Assembly (NCBI GenBank): GCA_050331815.1
Contig: JBHJGM010000009.1
Span: forward strand, 11,187 to 75,186
Direction of reading: 5' to 3'
Length of the DNA: 64,000 nt
DNA from: Opitutales bacterium
GTDB taxonomy: Bacteria > Verrucomicrobiota > Verrucomicrobiia > Opitutales > JBHJGM01
Below are positions 19,431 through 28,211 of this stretch, in pieces (within the stretch, counting starts at the first letter, position 1; each line of letters starts with the position of its first letter). The translations under genes were made by a program, and so were the position numbers. Below the pieces are notes generated by a model. The model was not told the origin of the DNA. It saw only the letters and a program-made list of their open reading frames with translations, and did not search any database.

Positions 19431-20629
19431 GCCGGTTTGGAATCTGTCGTCGGTGCCTCGCCATCGGTGTCGCTGCCATCCTCCGGCAGTTCCTCATCTT
19501 CAAAGCTCGGCATCTTGTAGGAGAATACCGGCAACAGCAGCATCAACGCCACGCAGGTGCAACCCAGGATCATGAAACCGGCGAAGTCATGCACGCTCCC
19601 TGTCCAGTGAAACAGGTCGTTCGGAATTTTTTCCCCTGCTGCGTCCAGCACGAACTTGCCCATCGCATCGACCTGGTATTCGGCCTCGCCCCAAAAGTCC
19701 CGGTCGATGGCGAACTGGCCGCGCTCGTTGGTCCAGCCGGTGAGGAAGATACTGCGCACGATGTTGAAGAAAAAGGCGAAGAGCATCGACGCACCAACCA
19801 TCAGGACCTTCTTCCAGGTCTTGTCTAGGAACATCGCGGCTAGGAATGACCCCGCGAAGATACAGGCCGTCAACGAGCGGATGCCCGAACAGGCGTCCTC
19901 CACATGCACGCGACCGTTGGGCAGAATCAGGATGCTGCCTTCGCGGATGATGGGGATGCCCACCGCGTCAAAGACCGCAAAGGTAATGACCGTGACCTGT
20001 TTCAGCAAAGCCGTGCTGATGGCCGCCTCCAGGGGCAGCAGCAGCGGGGCCGACACCAGCCAGATCAACGCCGGAAACGTAAACAGCGAGACGAAACGCA
20101 GCCGAGACCCCAGGGTGAGTCGCCGACCCTCCACGTCCCGATCGCTAATGACGAACGCCGCGAACAGGATGAATGAGGCCAGACCCACCGAAAAGCCGAA
20201 GGTCGACCAGTCGTGCTGGCTCATGATCGCTCGGACAAACCCACTGAAGCCCAGCAGGACAATGCTGCCCGCCAGGCACAAATATCCTATTGTCGAGGCG
20301 ATACCGCCGCCTGAGTCCCCGCTTGAGTATTCAACACGGGCCTCCGGATCGGTCCCGCTGTAATTGAGACCAAAAAGGTAGCTCTTAATAGAGGGGATGC
20401 GCTCAAAGATGACGTACGCCACAAAGAGCGGCACCAAATATCCAAAGAGGTAGTCGTCCAGCGTGTCCCACCAGTAGCTCTGGTCCCAGATCACAAACCC
20501 CATAAAGGCAGCGGCCAGGCCGATCAGCCCAAGCGTCCACGGATCGAGCTTCGCCCAATCGGAGTTTTTTGGCTCGGCCTTGGGCACCGGCGGCGGTGCC
20601 TGCGTAGGGGTTGGGACAACGGTTTCCAC
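19427..20629 (-). CDS. Exosortase-family transpeptidase (multi-pass membrane protein)
   Basis: 400 aa with VEDACSGIRSLTACI (catalytic Cys motif), FFFNIVRSIFL (Asn/Arg motif), a later His region and multiple TM segments. The stop overlaps the glgA start as ATGA (19427-19430). Confidence 0.8.
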   Translation of the reverse strand: METVVPTPTQAPPPVPKAEPKNSDWAKLDPWTLGLIGLAAAFMGFVIWDQSYWWDTLDDYLFGYLVPLFVAYVIFERIPSIKSYLFGLNYSGTDPEARVEYSSGDSGGGIASTIGYLCLAGSIVLLGFSGFVRAIMSQHDWSTFGFSVGLASFILFAAFVISDRDVEGRRLTLGSRLRFVSLFTFPALIWLVSAPLLLPLEAAISTALLKQVTVITFAVFDAVGIPIIREGSILILPNGRVHVEDACSGIRSLTACIFAGSFLAAMFLDKTWKKVLMVGASMLFAFFFNIVRSIFLTGWTNERGQFAIDRDFWGEAEYQVDAMGKFVLDAAGEKIPNDLFHWTGSVHDFAGFMILGCTCVALMLLLPVFSYKMPSFEDEELPEDGSDTDGEAPTTDSKPA

Positions 20630-20859
20630 GATGGTTGGGTTAGGACGCGTACAATCCAGTAAAGTGCCGCACGCTAGGAGGTTTTTCGGACGCGTTCAAG
20701 CTCGCGACGCAATCGTCACACTTATGAGTAACCGTAGCGAGACTTCGCGGACTTTTCGAACGTTTTCGATCTTTTCAAGCCACCTGCGAACGCGCTATCC
20801 TTTGCGAATTGGCTTGGAGTCGGGACGGACGTTACGCCCGCCGGGTCATCACATCCTTT

Positions 20860-21369
20860 ATGCAGCATTTGCACGCCCATCGGCGCATGCCTTACATCGA
20901 GGCACCACAAGCCTCGAACGGCAGTCGCGAGGACCTCTTTGAGCAACTGGCCCGGAGCGACGACGACCGGGCTTCGCTCATCCTCCGGCGCACCGAACAC
21001 AGCTTCTTGGTTATGAACAAGTTCCCGTACAACGCGGGACACCTGCTGGCCGTGCCCAACCGCAAGGTCGCCCAGCTGGTCGAGCTCAACGCCGCCGAGC
21101 GCGTCGATTTTTTCGATTCCATCGTCGAGGGCCAGGCCATCTTGGAGCGTGCGCTCAGCCCGGATGGTTTCAACGTCGGGTTCAACCTGGGTAAGGCCGC
21201 CGGCGCGGGCATCCCGCAACACCTGCACTGCCACATCGTGCCCCGCTGGGAAGGCGACACCAACTTCATGCCCGTGGTCAGCAACACGCGCGTCCTGCCC
21301 GAGGCGATGGAAGCGATGTGGGAACGCCTGCGCACCTTTGTCGACGAGTTTTCCGCAAATGGCTCCTGA
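20860..21369 (+). CDS. HIT-family nucleotide hydrolase/transferase (Ap4A phosphorylase-like)
   Basis: Histidine triad HLHCHIVPRW. The N-terminus from the Met at 20860 (MQHLHAHRRMPYIEAP) matches the family start better than the ORF start at 20809. Confidence 0.85.
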   Translation: MQHLHAHRRMPYIEAPQASNGSREDLFEQLARSDDDRASLILRRTEHSFLVMNKFPYNAGHLLAVPNRKVAQLVELNAAERVDFFDSIVEGQAILERALSPDGFNVGFNLGKAAGAGIPQHLHCHIVPRWEGDTNFMPVVSNTRVLPEAMEAMWERLRTFVDEFSANGS

Positions 21370-22369
21370 CTCCGCCGCCGCTCAATCCACCCCCGAGGCA
21401 CCGGAAACCGACGACGGGTTGGTGTTGCATTTCTCCAGCCCCCGGCTGCTGAATTCGCTGTACTGCGGCCGCGAATCGAATTTGCGCAAGGTCGAGCAAA
21501 CCTTTAGGGTGACGCTGGTTACGCGCGAGGACTGGGTCCGCATCGACGGTCCCGAGGAGGCCACCGCAAAGACCACCGAGCTGTTCAAACTGCTCGACCT
21601 GGCCCGCGAACAGGGGCTGAAGATCGGTAACGCCGATTTTGACAATTTTCTGGCCGCGGTCGCCCGGGGCGATGCCGCCAACCTGCGCGAAGTCTTCGAT
21701 GAGCCCGTCGTCCTAAGGCTTAAGCGCAAGAGCATTGTCCCGAAAACCATCAACCAGAAGCGATACCTCCGCTTCATTCACAAAAATGCCATCGTCTTCG
21801 GCATCGGTCCCGCCGGTACGGGCAAAACGTACCTGGCCATGGCTTCGGCCCTGCAAGCGCTGGCGGAGGGCTCGGTGGAGCGTATCATCATCACGCGCCC
21901 GGCGGTGGAGGCCGGCGAGGCCCTCGGCTTTTTGCCCGGAGACCTTCAGGAAAAACTGCTTCCGTATCTGCGGCCCCTCTACGACGCCCTTCACGAAATG
22001 GTGGGCAAGGAAGAGACCGCCCGCATGATCGAACGGGGCATCCTGGAAATCGCCCCGCTGGCCTACATGCGCGGACGCACGCTCTCCAACGCCTACATCA
22101 TCCTCGACGAGGCCCAGAACACGACACCGGAACAAATGATGATGTTTTTGACCCGACTCGGTGACGAAAGCCGCATGATCATCACCGGCGACATCACGCA
22201 GGTAGATCTGCCCCGCTCGAAGATTTCCGGCTTGAAGCAGGCCGTGCACGTGCTTTCGCACGTCGAGGGCATCAAGCTTTTCTATTTTGAGAACATTGAT
22301 GTGGTCCGCAATCCGCTGGTAGGCCGCATTATCGCCGCATACGACCGGTTTCATTCCGACAGCGAATGA
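21359..22369 (+). CDS. phoH: PhoH-family ATPase
   Basis: FGIGPAGTGKTYLAMASALQAL Walker A, ILDEAQNTT, ITGDITQVDLP. In-frame ATG at 21359; the longer ORF from 21149 overlaps the HIT gene. Confidence 0.9.
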   Translation: MAPDSAAAQSTPEAPETDDGLVLHFSSPRLLNSLYCGRESNLRKVEQTFRVTLVTREDWVRIDGPEEATAKTTELFKLLDLAREQGLKIGNADFDNFLAAVARGDAANLREVFDEPVVLRLKRKSIVPKTINQKRYLRFIHKNAIVFGIGPAGTGKTYLAMASALQALAEGSVERIIITRPAVEAGEALGFLPGDLQEKLLPYLRPLYDALHEMVGKEETARMIERGILEIAPLAYMRGRTLSNAYIILDEAQNTTPEQMMMFLTRLGDESRMIITGDITQVDLPRSKISGLKQAVHVLSHVEGIKLFYFENIDVVRNPLVGRIIAAYDRFHSDSE

Positions 22370-22469
22370 ACACTTTCTGCCGTTGAAGCTGTCTAACCCA
22401 TTGCTACCCGACCCGGCTACCCGATCTGCCGAGCCCGATTCGGCCCCGATCGTCTGATTTTTCCAAACT

Positions 22470-24842
22470 GTGCGCTTTTTTAATCGCAAACGCTCCAAAA
22501 AGGAGGAGATGGCGAAAAACCGCCGCAAGCGCCTCATCGAGGCCAGCGGCAAACGCACCAACCTCTTTGCCGCCAATCGCGTGCGCGCGGCGGCCCTCTT
22601 CTTCGTTCTGGGCTCCGCTTGCGCCTTCATCTGCTTTTTCGGGCAGGGTTCGCAGCACGTGCGGCTGCTGCCGGGCGAACGGGCGCAGTCCCGGGTGCTC
22701 TCCTCCTTCGATTTTACTTACATCAGCGATCTGCGAACCGCCCGGGCCAAAGAGGAAGCGCGTCAGAAGGTCGGCACGCGCTACCAACACGATCGCGCAA
22801 TCTTCCGTGACTTCCGCGACCGCATCCTCGAGTTGAGCGATTCGCTGGGACGCCAGGATGCGTTTTTCGCCATGCTCGGCGAAAATGCAGAGGAGGAGCC
22901 CTGGCTCGTCATTCAACGCGCCTTTCCCATCGCTTCGGAGCGTCGGACCTTTCTCGAGCACAAATTGGAGCCGGTGCGCCGGCTCATGCAGGAAGGCGTG
23001 CGCCAGCCGGATGCCGAAAACCTCGAAGATGGCCTGGTACGCGTTTACGGGCGTTCTCTGAGCGAGGCCCAGCGGCAGTTGCGCTTCGCCCTGCTGTCGG
23101 TGGATCCGCAGTACGAAGATCTCTCACCGGAGGTTTCGGACGCCCTAGTGAGCGTACTTTCCAAAGGCATCCAACCCAACCTGACTCCCGATCTGCAACG
23201 CCTGCAGGAGGAGCGCGCCGCCGCCGCCGCCGCGGTCGAACTGGTCAGGGTGCCGGTGGCCAAGGGCGATGTGATTCTCGAAGCCGGTCAGAACGACGAT
23301 TACCAGGTGGAGCGCTTTCTGGCCTACCGTCAGCTGCTCAACGAACGCGAGCAATGGGCTGGGTTTACCCTGCGCTTCGTGCGCAAGTGGATCGGCTCGC
23401 TGGCGCTGCTCGGCGCGGGCATGATTTACATCACCGTTAGCCTGCCGCAACTGAGCAAATCCGGACGCCGCCTGACTCTCAGCCTGCTTGTGCTCTTCGT
23501 GAACCTTGCCTTGATCCGGTTGACACTGACCCTCGGCAATTCCGACTTGCTTGGCGATCGCATCGAGTGGCTGACCACCGTGCCGTATCTGGTCACCGTG
23601 GCGCTCGGACCGATGATCCTCACGATGATGATCGGCTCGGCACCGGCGGTGCTGCTGGCCATCCTGCTCTCGGCTTTCAACGCCATGATGCAGGGCAACT
23701 CCATGGAGGTGTTGATCGTCTCGCTGCTTTCGTCGCTGATGGCGGTAATGTTCTCGCGCGAAGTGCGTCAGCGCGCGCGGGTCATTCGCGCCGGCCTGGC
23801 CAGCGGAGCGGTCACCGCCGTATCGGCCGTCGCCCTGGGCTTGTTTCAGGAGGAACTGGCCCCGGTGCTGATCGCCTACCAGGTCGGGGCCTCGCTGGGG
23901 GTCGGTATCCTTACGGGGATACTCGTGGTGGGCATCTTGCCCTACCTCGAAAATCTCTTCCACTACATCACCGACATCACGCTGCTGGAGCTGACCGACT
24001 ACAACCACCCACTCCTGCGGCGCCTGCAGATGGTGGCACCGGGCACGTATCATCACAGCCTGATGGTAGCCAACCTCTCTGAGCGCGCTGCGCTGGACAT
24101 CGGCTGCAATCCACTGGTCTGCCGTGCCTCGAGCCTCTTTCACGACGCCGGCAAAATGGTTAAGCCCGACTACTTCATCGAGAACCAGCATCCGGGCGAA
24201 AACCCGCACGAGGAAAAAAATCCCTCGATGAGCGCCTTGATCATCAAGTCGCACGTGAAAGAAGGCGTGGAGATGGCCCGCCAGGCGAAGCTGCCCCTGT
24301 TGATGGTCGACATCATCCAGCAGCACCACGGCACCACCCTGATTCGCTATTTTTACGAAAAAGCCCGCAGCCAGCAGTCGCAGACCCGCCTGCCCATCCC
24401 GGAAGCTGCCGGGGTACACCCCAGCGACGACCTTGACGAAGCGGGTTTTCGCTACGACGGGCCACGTCCACGCTTCAAAGAGAGCGGCATCATCTTTTTC
24501 GCCGACGCGGTCGAAGCGGCCTCACGCACCTTGAAAAAGGTGACCGCCCAGAGCATTGAGGAATTGATCGACCGCATCTTTGCCGACCGCATCGAGGATG
24601 GTCAGCTCGACGAGTGCCCGCTAACCTGCCGCGAGATCAACCTGATCAAACGCAGCTTCACCTTCACCCTGCTGAACATGATGCATGCGCGCGTGGAGTA
24701 CCCGGGCCGTTCAAAATCAGCGCAGGTCACCCGCGCGCCCTTTGTGAAAATGCCGCCGTTGCCGGTCTCGCAGTTGCCCGCCGTCGAGGAAAAAGCCGCC
24801 GGGCAGCCTGTCAGCGAGGCCGCCTCCTCACGCAATAATTAG
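22470..24842 (+). CDS. 7TM receptor with intracellular HD phosphohydrolase domain (YqfF/PgpH family)
   Basis: 790 aa with a central 7-TM block, then the HD domain HHSLMVANLSERAA..FHDAGKMVKP..IIQQHHGTTL. Conserved phoH-yqfF-ybeY order. Confidence 0.85.
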   Translation: MRFFNRKRSKKEEMAKNRRKRLIEASGKRTNLFAANRVRAAALFFVLGSACAFICFFGQGSQHVRLLPGERAQSRVLSSFDFTYISDLRTARAKEEARQKVGTRYQHDRAIFRDFRDRILELSDSLGRQDAFFAMLGENAEEEPWLVIQRAFPIASERRTFLEHKLEPVRRLMQEGVRQPDAENLEDGLVRVYGRSLSEAQRQLRFALLSVDPQYEDLSPEVSDALVSVLSKGIQPNLTPDLQRLQEERAAAAAAVELVRVPVAKGDVILEAGQNDDYQVERFLAYRQLLNEREQWAGFTLRFVRKWIGSLALLGAGMIYITVSLPQLSKSGRRLTLSLLVLFVNLALIRLTLTLGNSDLLGDRIEWLTTVPYLVTVALGPMILTMMIGSAPAVLLAILLSAFNAMMQGNSMEVLIVSLLSSLMAVMFSREVRQRARVIRAGLASGAVTAVSAVALGLFQEELAPVLIAYQVGASLGVGILTGILVVGILPYLENLFHYITDITLLELTDYNHPLLRRLQMVAPGTYHHSLMVANLSERAALDIGCNPLVCRASSLFHDAGKMVKPDYFIENQHPGENPHEEKNPSMSALIIKSHVKEGVEMARQAKLPLLMVDIIQQHHGTTLIRYFYEKARSQQSQTRLPIPEAAGVHPSDDLDEAGFRYDGPRPRFKESGIIFFADAVEAASRTLKKVTAQSIEELIDRIFADRIEDGQLDECPLTCREINLIKRSFTFTLLNMMHARVEYPGRSKSAQVTRAPFVKMPPLPVSQLPAVEEKAAGQPVSEAASSRNN

Positions 24843-24845
24843 GGC

Positions 24846-25328
24846 ATGGCACGCTCAACGACCATGAAGCGGGTCGTCGATGTGGCCGTGCGCCATCCAC
24901 ACTATTCCGTGGATACCGCGATCCTGGAATCAATTATCCACACCCTGGATGCGTGGGAGGCTTTTTCTATTCCTGCGGGCGAGCTGTCCATCGCCCTGAC
25001 CAGTGGCCCGGAACTGGCCCGCCTGCACGCGCATTTCCTGAACAATATGTCGCCCACCGATGTAATCACATTTTTGGGCGATACGGACGCCGATTTCGCC
25101 GGAGAAATCTGCCTTTCCATCGATCAGGCCGTGCTGGAAGCCGCCCTTCGGGACGGCTGCGCGGAACGAGAATGCGTTCTCTATCTCGTTCATGGCTGGC
25201 TACATCTGGCAGGCCTGGACGATCTCCACGCAGCGGCACGTGCGACCATGCGCACGGCTGAAGCGGCTGCCTTAGAGTACCTGAAATCGCGTAACGTGCA
25301 GGTGACAGGCTGGTTGCGAAAACGTTAA
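24846..25328 (+). CDS. ybeY: rRNA maturation endoribonuclease YbeY
   Basis: 160 aa with zinc motif LVHGWLHLAGLDD (HxxxHxxxxxH family). Confidence 0.9.
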   Translation: MARSTTMKRVVDVAVRHPHYSVDTAILESIIHTLDAWEAFSIPAGELSIALTSGPELARLHAHFLNNMSPTDVITFLGDTDADFAGEICLSIDQAVLEAALRDGCAERECVLYLVHGWLHLAGLDDLHAAARATMRTAEAAALEYLKSRNVQVTGWLRKR

Positions 25329-25420
25329 ATAAAGATTGCCAGCCCAGTGCTTTTGGGACTTAATGATAAGCATCTGCCAAACGGCGGACTATAGCTACCC
25401 CTTAGGGCTTGTGCCCCGTC

Positions 25421-25460
25421 GAGCGGGAATCGTTTTTAAAGCGGTTCCCGCTCTCGTTTT
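25421..25460 (+). terminator. Candidate intrinsic terminator after ybeY
   Basis: Perfect 9-bp stem gagcgggaa (25421-25429) / ttcccgctc (25445-25453) with a 15-nt loop, followed by tcgttttgg. The loop is large and the site is about 90 nt after the stop. Confidence 0.35.
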
Positions 25461-25734
25461 GGTACCCGCGGGGGTGGCTCAGGAAAACCCCGTAGGTGAC
25501 ATTGTCGGGGATGCCGGGGAGTGACACCGAAACGTTCACGTAGGCATGTGAAATTGCGTTAAAGGCTTACAAAGGGGTCCGACCTTACCCGCAGCTACAC
25601 TCGCTACGCCAACTCCAAACAAGCCTACGACTCCGCCCAGCAATCTGCTGGTGACGCGCCCTTCTCGGCGAAAAGCCGATGTCGCGTTCTGGAATCGATA
25701 ATCAGTAATCAGACACCATTAAGTATCTCCCGTT

Positions 25735-27528
25735 ATGAACAGGAAACTTCTTACCGCGCTCAGCGCCCTGTTTACAGCCGTCACCCTCCAGGCTGCCCCA
25801 CTAAACATTCATGTCAGCAACTACGGAGCCGTCCCCAACGACGGCAACGACGACACCGTCGCCATCCGTAATGCGATCAAAGCCATCGAGAACAATCCTG
25901 ACGGCGGCACGATCAACTTCGGCTCGGGCACCTACCACTGTGCGCCGCAGACCATTTCCGAAGGCGTCATTTTTTACCTGCGTAAGAACAACATGACCCT
26001 GAAGGGCGCGGGCCGCGAGGCGACCACGCTTTCCATGTACGTGTACGGCATGCGCGACCCCGACGAGTGGTACATCGAGCGCAAGGACAATCAGTACCGC
26101 GTTCAGCACGTCAACAATTGGAACAACGACTGGACCTTCTCACACCGCTTTCACGGCTTCATCTTCGCCCCGCCGGAAGGGCAGAAAAAAGCCGACATTC
26201 ACAACGTCACGATTCGCGACATGCGCATCACCGGCAACGCCACCCCGATCGACAACGACCGCTGGTGGAGCAAGGAAGAGCGCGTGAAGTACTGGGACAT
26301 CAGCCACAAGGGCATCGGCTTTGGCTGGGGCTCGGTCGCCCTGTACGGTATCCTAATCGAAAACATCGAGATCGACCACTTCCGCGGGGAGATCATTTAC
26401 AAGGGTGGCTCGGCCGCGTGTGAGGCGATCATTCGCAACTCTAAGGTCCACGGTACACCCTCGTCGGCGATTTCCGGCCCCTCGGGCATCATCGAGAATT
26501 GCGAAATTTACGACTGCTTCAATGCCGCGGTCGAAACCTACCTCAGCAATCGGCGTGAGGGCGGCACCCAGTCGCTGATCCTGCGCAACAACACCTTCTC
26601 TCCGGGCAAGAATTACCCGAACTGGGCACCGCGCAATGGCGTCTCCGTGGCCAACGACCCGAACTGGGACGGCGAATTCACCTTTGGCAACGCCAACGTG
26701 AAGTACAACTCCACGCCCTCGACGCTGGAAGTGCACAACAACGTGTTCGAGAAATTCTCCAAGTTCGGCTTCTTCTCCTACGGCCTGTCCAACGCGGTCA
26801 TCAAGGACAACCTCTTCCGCAAGTTCAGCGGCAACGCGCTGGCCCTCTGGGCCTACGGCAACAACGCCTGGGGACTGGCCCCGCACTTTGAGAACAACCT
26901 CATCATGCGCAACACCTTCCAGTATGACCACAACAACAGCACGCCGTGCATCATGCTGGTCAGCCCCTGGTTGCGCTCGGGTGCGTGTCTGTTCGTCAGC
27001 AACGAGATTACCGGAAACGGCTACCCGCGCTACTTCCTGAGCCTCTCGGGTGCCTCGCCGAACGTGTCCGAGGACAACTACACCGTGATGGGCAACAAGG
27101 GCCGCGTGGCCTACAGCGCCTACGGCAACCACTGGGGCGGCAACGTCAGCCGTCCGCTGGAATCGGGTAATTTCTTCGATGTAGTCGAGCCGCACCAGTC
27201 AAAGATCCGCCTCGACGACAACCTGCCGGTGGCCGACTACCATGCCCCGCACAGCCGCATTTATACCTGGGATGCCAATATGGTCTATGGCGTCTCCAAG
27301 AACAACGACGACTTCGACATGCAGGTACACGTCGACTCCTTCCCGGACGGCTACATCCTGCAGCTCCAGCTCATCGACAACCCCGACGTGCAATCGGTCA
27401 CGCTGCCGGTGGCCTGGTGGAACGACCTGAGCGAGCCCATCGTACTGAATGACTCCGACCAATATGTCTTCTTGATCAAGCAGGCCGGCAAATTCCGACT
27501 GCTGGGCTATTACGAAGACCCCAATTAG
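25735..27528 (+). CDS. Secreted right-handed beta-helix protein (pectate-lyase-superfamily / tailspike-like glycan-active enzyme)
   Basis: 597 aa. Signal peptide MNRKLLTALSALFTAVTLQA. N-terminal NIHVSNYGAVPNDGNDDTVAIRNAIKAI..GGTINFGSGTYH is the classic Pectate_lyase_3-type start. Asn-rich repeats follow. Confidence 0.75.
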   Translation: MNRKLLTALSALFTAVTLQAAPLNIHVSNYGAVPNDGNDDTVAIRNAIKAIENNPDGGTINFGSGTYHCAPQTISEGVIFYLRKNNMTLKGAGREATTLSMYVYGMRDPDEWYIERKDNQYRVQHVNNWNNDWTFSHRFHGFIFAPPEGQKKADIHNVTIRDMRITGNATPIDNDRWWSKEERVKYWDISHKGIGFGWGSVALYGILIENIEIDHFRGEIIYKGGSAACEAIIRNSKVHGTPSSAISGPSGIIENCEIYDCFNAAVETYLSNRREGGTQSLILRNNTFSPGKNYPNWAPRNGVSVANDPNWDGEFTFGNANVKYNSTPSTLEVHNNVFEKFSKFGFFSYGLSNAVIKDNLFRKFSGNALALWAYGNNAWGLAPHFENNLIMRNTFQYDHNNSTPCIMLVSPWLRSGACLFVSNEITGNGYPRYFLSLSGASPNVSEDNYTVMGNKGRVAYSAYGNHWGGNVSRPLESGNFFDVVEPHQSKIRLDDNLPVADYHAPHSRIYTWDANMVYGVSKNNDDFDMQVHVDSFPDGYILQLQLIDNPDVQSVTLPVAWWNDLSEPIVLNDSDQYVFLIKQAGKFRLLGYYEDPN

Positions 27529-27562
27529 AGCAAAGGGCCCAAGCGCCATCGACCCCGATTTC

Positions 27563-27598
27563 GGGCAGGTCTCCTCGCGAGGCCTGCCCTTTTCTTTG
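27563..27598 (+). terminator. Candidate intrinsic terminator after the beta-helix gene
   Basis: gggcagg (27563-27569) pairs with cctgccc (27583-27589). The inner cctcg/cgagg also pairs. Followed by ttttctttg. Confidence 0.5.
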
Positions 27599-27777
27599 CC
27601 TTGGAGGCAAAGCGACTAAAGCGCTGGATGGAAGCGGTCGATGACCCGAATCTGCGTGGGGACTTGCGCTCGCCCCGCAGGCAGGCAGCGGTCGAAGCCC
27701 TGGGCTGAGCCGGCCCGAAGGGCGAATGCGTTTGCATTCGCTCGGAATGTACTGACACTGCGCTATCACTCCCACCG

Positions 27778-28197
27778 ATGCTTCAGGAAAAAACACAGAC
27801 CCAACCCCTACCCGGCAAAAGCGAAGGCATCCGCCACGTCATACGCGCATTCAACTATTCGTTTGACGGGTTGGCGTCCGCGCTGAAGCACGAATCGGCG
27901 TTTCGCTGGGAGGTCACCTTTGCGATGGTGCTGATCCCGCTAGCAGTGTTGTTACCGGTCGGGCTGCTGGGCAAAGCGCTGATGATCGGTAGTATCTTTG
28001 TGTTACTGGCGGTGGAGCTGTTGAACTCAGCCGTGGAATGGACGGTCGATCTGGTCTCGCCCGAATACCACAGCTACGCCAAGCGCGCCAAGGACATGGC
28101 CAGCGCGGCGGTCGCGGTCAGCATCACCAACCTGGCGGCGATGTGGGTGCTGGTCCTCAGCTTCAACTGGGAGCGGATCAGCGAACGCTTCTTTTAG
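27778..28197 (+). CDS. dgkA: Diacylglycerol kinase (prokaryotic DgkA family)
   Basis: 139 aa, three TM helices. N-terminal RAFNYSFDGLASALKHESAFRWEV and LLNSAVEWTVD motifs. Confidence 0.85.
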   Translation: MLQEKTQTQPLPGKSEGIRHVIRAFNYSFDGLASALKHESAFRWEVTFAMVLIPLAVLLPVGLLGKALMIGSIFVLLAVELLNSAVEWTVDLVSPEYHSYAKRAKDMASAAVAVSITNLAAMWVLVLSFNWERISERFF

Positions 28198-28211
28198 AGC
28201 GTTTTGCCGAA

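Noticed and set aside
25505-25700. Possible tmRNA, because the stretch begins GGGGATGCCGGGG and contains Ala-rich reading frames
   Set aside because: There is no TTCGAC-type acceptor/D-like 5' motif, no T-arm GGTTCGAATCC with CCA 3' end, and no tag ORF ending in an ALAA-like sequence followed by a stop in any frame I translated.
27723-27742. 8-bp perfect palindrome gcgaatgc-gttt-gcattcgc upstream of dgkA as an operator or terminator
   Set aside because: It is a single short hairpin with no T-tract and no second copy in the window. That is insufficient to call a regulatory site, so it is noted only.
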